Assembly: GCA_963768855.1 (NCBI GenBank)
Contig: CAVYJM010000006.1
Location: 384,001-448,000 of the forward strand
DNA: 64,000 nucleotides
Origin: an uncultured Thermoplasmata archaeon
Lineage (GTDB): Archaea > Thermoplasmatota > Thermoplasmata > RBG-16-68-12
Direction: 5' to 3'
Part shown: piece after piece, positions 58,801-64,000 of the stretch
Position numbering within the stretch: position 1 is the first letter of the stretch
How the letters are laid out: each line of letters starts with the position of its first letter
The notes under the pieces: generated by a model
What the model saw: only the letters and a program-made list of their open reading frames with translations
Database searches by the model: none
What the model was told of the DNA's origin: nothing
Translations under genes and position numbers: made by a program

Positions 58801-59473
58801 TCACTTCGACACGATCGCGAACACGCTTGATTCGTCGACCTCGCGGATCGTCGGCCGCAGGCCGAATTGGGCGAAGAGCCGCGTGAACTCCTCGCCACCC
58901 ACGGTCGTGGCTTGGAACCCGTCCGTGCAAACGATCGTGCCGTCCCCGGTCCTCTCCTCGTCGATGTCCCCGATGAGACCTTCTCGGGCCTGTGCGCGGA
59001 ACCAGTCGAGCCGGTCTTCCCAGATGCGCGGCGAGTAGCTCGAGAACAGGATCGACCCGCCGCTCCGCGTGACGCGAACCGCCTCCCCCACGAGTCTCCC
59101 GCGGTCGACCGCGAACGCGGAGATGCCGTTCTGGACGCAGAGCACGGCGTCGAAGGCGCCCGCGCGGAAGGCCATCCGTGATGCATCGACCCGGACGAGG
59201 CTGGACGTTGCGACGAGGCTCCAGGTAGGACTTCGCGAGTTCGAGACTCTTCCGGGACGTGTCGCACCCCACGATCCACCGCACGGACGGCGAGATCCTC
59301 TTCATGACGCGTCCGTAGCCGCATCCCAGTTCCAGCACGGACCCCGATCCGCGCACACCCTCGGTTGCGAACCGCACCTCCGCATCCAGGTATCGGCGGA
59401 TTCGGGGAGGAGCGATCTCGTAGCATGTCTGCAACGCTGCTCCCGAGAGCCTGCCGTCGTAGTAGTCCTTCAT
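58801..59473 (-). CDS. Class I SAM-dependent methyltransferase; +1 frameshift near 59204
   Basis: VLELGCGYGR, then AFDAVLCVQNGISAF in the next frame. Confidence 0.85.
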
Positions 59474-59529
59474 CGATACGAACCGGGAACGAGGGAGTCG
59501 CCGCTTCAAGGTAGCGGCACGGTCCGAGG

Positions 59530-60546
59530 CTACGCGTCCAAGACCGCGAGCGGATCGGCGGGCGTCAGCATGAACTCCTGGAGGTCCAGATACTCCTGCC
59601 AGACCGACTTGCACCCGCACGTCAAGTCGTCGAAGTCCTTCCGCAGACCGAGGGAAAACTCCTCGATCGCGTCGATGACCTTGCGGTCGCACGCCCCGCA
59701 GTTGTGCGCCCCGCGGACCATGCCGCCCCCCGTGGGATGGGACTTCACATTTGCTTTCAGATCCCGCGTGCGCTCGAGGACCTCGACCACGGACCACAGC
59801 CACGGCGGTCGATACTCACCGCGGCGAAAGAGGCGGTCCACGAGCGTGCGGCCCTGGACGTTGACCGGGTTGAAGGAGATCGTGTCGCTGTACGGGTCGG
59901 CCTCGTGTCCAGACCGCACGGCGTCCTCGATCGCCTCGCGCTCCGTGAGGAAGGGCGGCTTGATTAGGAGGTACGTCTTGACCGTCGCGCCCGCGTCGTG
60001 GCAAAGGCCTGCGGCCTTCGCGTGTTCCTCAAGCCCCCACATCTTGTTCACGCTGTCCCGGAGCACCCGAGGGCTCGTCGACTCCAGGCCAAAGGCCACC
60101 TCGAGTTCGCCGACGTGCTGGGTCGCATGTTCGAGCTGATCGCGGCGCAGGAGGTGCGAGAGGGTCTCGACGATGACCTTGTCGCAGCGGTCCCCCAGTT
60201 CCTTGAGGATCGCCTCGCGCATCTCCGGCGCGACCTCGTGGTCGTCGAAGAAGTTGCCCGAGGTGTAGACCTTCACCATCGGCTGCCCGACATGCTTCGC
60301 GAGGACCGTCTCGAGCTGGTGGGTGAGGTCCGCGACGGAGACCTCGCGGGCCACGTCGTTCACGTAGCCGCACATGGAACATCCGGAGGCCTGCGCCCAG
60401 TAGCAGCCGCGCGTCCGGAAGATGATGACCCAGGCGTCCACGACCTTCCCGTGCAGGAGGTCCTTCTCGGTCCACGTGGAGATGTACTCGCGGGGATCGT
60501 AGTCGTGCGGGTGGCGTTCGTCCTTCACGATCTGCTGGAGGCGCAT
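59530..60546 (-). CDS. Archaeal radical SAM protein, RaSEA (archaeosine synthesis)-like
   Basis: FRTRGCYWAQASGCSMCGY (CX6CX2C), YTSGNFFD, YLLIKPPFL, YRPPWLWS and RGAHNC. Confidence 0.85.
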   Translation of the reverse strand: MRLQQIVKDERHPHDYDPREYISTWTEKDLLHGKVVDAWVIIFRTRGCYWAQASGCSMCGYVNDVAREVSVADLTHQLETVLAKHVGQPMVKVYTSGNFFDDHEVAPEMREAILKELGDRCDKVIVETLSHLLRRDQLEHATQHVGELEVAFGLESTSPRVLRDSVNKMWGLEEHAKAAGLCHDAGATVKTYLLIKPPFLTEREAIEDAVRSGHEADPYSDTISFNPVNVQGRTLVDRLFRRGEYRPPWLWSVVEVLERTRDLKANVKSHPTGGGMVRGAHNCGACDRKVIDAIEEFSLGLRKDFDDLTCGCKSVWQEYLDLQEFMLTPADPLAVLDA

Positions 60547-60954
60547 GGGCGGCTGCTCGAAGGGTGCGGAGGGGAAAAAGCTTTGGAGGCGCGCCTCAAG
60601 AGGTTTTATGCGGGGGAGGCCAGTGTAGTCCTCCGAGGGATGTTGATGGTGGCGCCGCGGATTCCTATTCCCATGGAGCCGTTGATGGCGCAAGCCCTGC
60701 GGACCGACTTCCCTGCGTCTATGGAGCGGGAGATCGTGGACGGCGCGGTCCGCGAGCGACATCAAGAGTCCGCCCGTCTTCCTGGAATGGCTGGCCTGTT
60801 CTTCGTCCTGCTCTTGGGGTTGCTGGCCGCGTGCCTCGTCGTGAAGTGGCTGGTCTTCGGGTTCCCGTAGGTCTCGGGGAAGGAGGCCCCGCAGCGCTTC
60901 TCGGACGAGCATCGCCAAAAGCACTTGAGCGATTGCGGGGTTCAGAGCCATCTC

Positions 60955-61824
60955 ATGCCCACAGCAGCGGAGCTCGTCTCCCTGGTCAACGGATACACGA
61001 TTCGCGAGGGTTCCCCTAAGGCAATCGTTGTCCCCAACGCCTCGCACCTTGCCGGCCTGCAGGACACGACCGTGAGCGGGGCCCTTCTGAAGAAGCAGGT
61101 CATCGTCATCAACGCGAAGACGGGGGAGCGCACCGTGTCACGGGGGGCGAACGAAGGGGCCTATGGCATCGAGGTGGACGGGGACCTTCACTTCTGCCTG
61201 GGGGTCAAGCCGCTCCAGCCGCACATCACCTGCGAGGTCCAGCACGCCACACCGTGGCTGTCGGCGTTCCAGGCGTCCGTGGGCCGGCCGATTACAGCAA
61301 GCGGCTACTTCCGCTGCCTCTTCGAGCATCCGGGCTTCCAGGCAAACGACGACGCGCACATCTTCGAGATCCATCCCGTGAGCGCGGTCACGCTCGCGGG
61401 GCAGTCGATATCCTTCGACGTCGGGCTGCCCGACCCCGGATCGATCCACACATGGCTCGCTCCCCATCCGCTCAACGTCCAGGATGGGAAGATCCGCGTG
61501 GCGTACGACCGGGGCACGGACACGCTCACGTTCACGAACATGGACGGGCAGGATGAGAACTATGTGCGGGTCCCGGGCATCGTCGGCAACATCCACCTCG
61601 GCACGGGTGCGAGCAGCCCATCCACGTTCACCCTCGCGAGCTCCGATATCGGTCACCCCATCCAGGTCGTCGCCCTCGCGCGGACCAAAGCCGCCCGCCA
61701 GCTGGGCGTCCTAACCACGAACCGCATCACGCTCGTGGCCCTCCGTTTCATCGACCTCCCGAGCGCGTTGAAGAGCGAGTACGTCATCAGCCTCCTGGCG
61801 ATCGACCTCCAACCGGGACCGTGA
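60955..61824 (+). CDS. Hypothetical protein with a DGDLH...EH...EIHPV motif (possible OB-fold)
   Basis: Clean ORF containing DGDLHF, CEVQ, GYFRCLFEH and HIFEIHPV. Confidence 0.65.
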   Translation: MPTAAELVSLVNGYTIREGSPKAIVVPNASHLAGLQDTTVSGALLKKQVIVINAKTGERTVSRGANEGAYGIEVDGDLHFCLGVKPLQPHITCEVQHATPWLSAFQASVGRPITASGYFRCLFEHPGFQANDDAHIFEIHPVSAVTLAGQSISFDVGLPDPGSIHTWLAPHPLNVQDGKIRVAYDRGTDTLTFTNMDGQDENYVRVPGIVGNIHLGTGASSPSTFTLASSDIGHPIQVVALARTKAARQLGVLTTNRITLVALRFIDLPSALKSEYVISLLAIDLQPGP

Positions 61825-61828
61825 CCCC

Positions 61829-62761
61829 ATGAGCCATCTCTGCGTGACTCGAGCCCTGAAGAACGCCCGGCACCTGCAACGAACCGCACCCCACATCCTG
61901 CCTCGGGAGGAACCTCCCGCCGGATTCGGCAGCCGGGTGCCCGACGACCTGCTCGCCCGCCTGCACATGCATGTCCCGCCGACGGACCTCGACCGCGTTC
62001 CCGGACTCTCTGCCGCTTTGGCGCGCTCTCCCGTCCCCGTCCGCCGTGCGACGACCTCGGAGCCGCTGTTCACGGGCGCGCTCGTCTTCGCGCAAATCAC
62101 CTTCCGGACCCCGAACGGATCCCTCTCCGTAAGCAACGCCGATTTCGCGACCGCGATGGCCTTCTCCCGCCTCGCCGTGGCGCCCATCTCGGCCTACGCG
62201 GCCCAGTACGGACCGAACGGGTTGACGGTGGCGCCCGGCCCGGTGGCCTTTACCGCCGACGCACCCCGAGGTCGGTATAATGACCAGACGCTCCAGGGAT
62301 GGGTCAACGCGATCGTGAGCCAGAACGGCCTCCCCGCCGACACCTGCGTCGTGGTGTTGAACCCGCCCGGCGTCGTGAACACGGACGCGGACGCGAGCAA
62401 GGGCGTGGGCGGCTACCACAACCTTGCCAATGTCCCCTACGCGTTCGTGAATGTCATGGGGTCGAAGCTCACCATTAAGGATGAAGCGAACCTCTACGCA
62501 CTTGCCCTGAGCCACGAGATTGCGGAGATGACCGTGGACCCGCGCGCGGACCTCGTGAACCCTGAGATCGCGGATCCTTGCGGCCCGAATTGCCAGGCCG
62601 TGTGGATTGATTACTTCGACGCGTCGGGCACCTACCTCCGGACCGTCCAGTCGTTCCCGCCGCCCTTCGCCTACGGCTTCTTCATCAACGCGATCGTGCG
62701 CCCGAACGCTGCGACGCAGTGCCCCGCGCCGGGAAGCGCCTGCAACTACGCGCCGCCCTGA
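61829..62761 (+). CDS. Hypothetical protein with a GGYH...SHEIAEMTVDP metallo-hydrolase-like motif
   Basis: Starts 4 nt after the upstream stop. Contains GGYH, SHE..E...DP and EIADPC. Confidence 0.7.
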   Translation: MSHLCVTRALKNARHLQRTAPHILPREEPPAGFGSRVPDDLLARLHMHVPPTDLDRVPGLSAALARSPVPVRRATTSEPLFTGALVFAQITFRTPNGSLSVSNADFATAMAFSRLAVAPISAYAAQYGPNGLTVAPGPVAFTADAPRGRYNDQTLQGWVNAIVSQNGLPADTCVVVLNPPGVVNTDADASKGVGGYHNLANVPYAFVNVMGSKLTIKDEANLYALALSHEIAEMTVDPRADLVNPEIADPCGPNCQAVWIDYFDASGTYLRTVQSFPPPFAYGFFINAIVRPNAATQCPAPGSACNYAPP

Positions 62762-62782
62762 ACCGTTCGGCGGGTGGCGGGC

Positions 62783-64000
62783 TCAGATCCGGTCGCGGAG
62801 GCTCGAGAGGCCCACCATGACGCCCGCGGCGAGCAGCAGGTACGAGACGAAGATCATGAATGCGCCGAGCGTCGGGTCGAACGGGTTGTTGATCCCCAGG
62901 TTGAGGATCGGGTTGAGCACCGCGAAGAACTCGTAGAGGACCCAGAGCGCGAGGCCTGCGCCGACGAGTCCGATGCCGAGAGCCGGACTTGCGTGGTGGT
63001 GGATGAGGATCGCGCGACGCGGCGCGGCCGAGGGAGCTGCCGCAGCGACCGGACGCGCTGCGGTGCCGTTCGCGGGCTTCGGCAGATCGGCCGGGGCATA
63101 TTTCTGGCAGGAGTCGCACCACCACCGCTCGTGCTGGTCGATCCAGCGCATCGTCGCGCCGCACGTCGGGCACGCGCCCTTTGCCCTTACCGACGGGGCG
63201 TACCGCTGGCAGGAGTAGCAGTAGTAGCGATCGTACTGGGAGATATACGTCAGTTCGCGAGCGCAGGTGGGGCAGGGATGCTCGGCCTTCGCAGGCTGTC
63301 GCGGGACCTCTGCGACCGCGGCCGCGGGCTCGGCAGCCGGTTCGGCCGCCTCGGGTTCCCCCGTCTCCACGGTAGAGGGTTCGACGGGGACGACGATGGC
63401 CGTGGCGGTCGGCTTTGCCGACGTCGCGACGGGCTCTGCGGGCGCTTCGAAGGTGGCCACCCCGACCCCAACAGGCTCGGGACTTGCCGCACCGGGTGCA
63501 GCCTCGGTCTCTTCGGGAGGTTCGGCCTCGGGTTGTTCCTCCGCCTCGAGGTCATGCAGGTAGCTGAGCAGGCGTTCCTGGACCTGCTCCTTCGTGCCGG
63601 AGGGGTCGAGGTTGTACGTTTTGCAGAGGTCGATTAGCTCGGACTTCTTGAGCGCGAAAATCTTCACACGGACGATGGCGGGCTTCGATGCCGCGAGCGC
63701 CTGGATCTCCTTCGAGGGCTCCGCGGGCTCTGCCTCGGCGGGTTTCGGAGGCGAGACCGGCTCGCTCGTGACCGCGGCCGGAGTCGGCACATCAGCGGGT
63801 TTCCCCTCGGGTCCTGCCAGCGGCTGGACGGCAGGCTCCGGGACCGGTTGCGCGACCAGCGCGGTGGATGCGGGCGTTGCAGCGGCGACCAAGGTCGCCT
63901 CCGCTGGAATCGGAGCGGGTTTCGGCTCGGGTTCCGCCGGCGTCCTCGGGATCGAGGCCGCAGGCGTCGGAGGGAGCGTCGCCGCGGGTCCTTCGACCTT
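62783..64000 (-). CDS. Pro/Ala-rich protein with SAP-like motif, tandem Zn ribbons and two C-terminal TM helices (5' truncated by window edge)
   Basis: The frame is open to 64000. Contains LKKSELIDLCKTYNLDPSGTKEQVQERL, CPTC...YCYSC and CPTC...WCDSC. Confidence 0.8.
   Translation of the reverse strand, partial: KVEGPAATLPPTPAASIPRTPAEPEPKPAPIPAEATLVAAATPASTALVAQPVPEPAVQPLAGPEGKPADVPTPAAVTSEPVSPPKPAEAEPAEPSKEIQALAASKPAIVRVKIFALKKSELIDLCKTYNLDPSGTKEQVQERLLSYLHDLEAEEQPEAEPPEETEAAPGAASPEPVGVGVATFEAPAEPVATSAKPTATAIVVPVEPSTVETGEPEAAEPAAEPAAAVAEVPRQPAKAEHPCPTCARELTYISQYDRYYCYSCQRYAPSVRAKGACPTCGATMRWIDQHERWWCDSCQKYAPADLPKPANGTAARPVAAAAPSAAPRRAILIHHHASPALGIGLVGAGLALWVLYEFFAVLNPILNLGINNPFDPTLGAFMIFVSYLLLAAGVMVGLSSLRDRI

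Noticed and set aside
11306-60546. Functional link between the TGT-like island gene and the RaSEA-like gene (archaeosine pathway)
   Set aside because: They are about 47 kb apart with different base composition, and the island protein lacks canonical ArcTGT/ArcS motifs.
60673-60870. Small ORF ending in a hydrophobic helix (GLFFVLLLGLLAACLVVKWLVFGFP)
   Set aside because: No SD, ambiguous start and no recognisable family. It is plausible but unsupported.

Overview
A high-GC archaeal chromosomal segment. The archaeal ribosomal proteins L11, L1, P0 and L12, a RaSEA-type radical SAM gene, a TrmB regulator and GGAGGTGA ribosome-binding sites point to a Thermoplasmata-like lineage (inference). Most of it is housekeeping or accessory metabolism: RocD, a non-pyrrolysine MttB homolog, thiolase, cytochrome bd, an MgtA-type ATPase, a DEAD-box helicase and an ABC transporter. 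I found no tRNA, rRNA, CRISPR array, integrase or transposase. Four loci stand out. (1) At 16.5-19.4 kb, two tandem TRAFAC-like GTPases (one with an intact G3 motif, one degenerate) are followed by a GAP1-N2-like protein, resembling the GTPase-centred conflict systems described mainly in bacteria. (2) At 11.3-14.0 kb, a lower-GC four-gene operon behind rpl12 encodes a SocA/YwgA-like protein, a PIN RNase, a PD-(D/E)xK nuclease and a 431-aa protein with a TGT-like CxCxxC...H zinc site. (3) A roadblock plus longin-like fusion protein lies in the block separating rpl11 from rpl1. (4) A DsrE-TusA-MvhD-HdrA-HdrA-QmoC-like cluster is present without aprAB. Eight single-base insertions break genes, one of them in the essential rplP0, so the assembly probably contains indel errors. 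Frameshift calls and odd start or stop codons need read-level checking. All family assignments come from motif recognition by eye; no searches were run.
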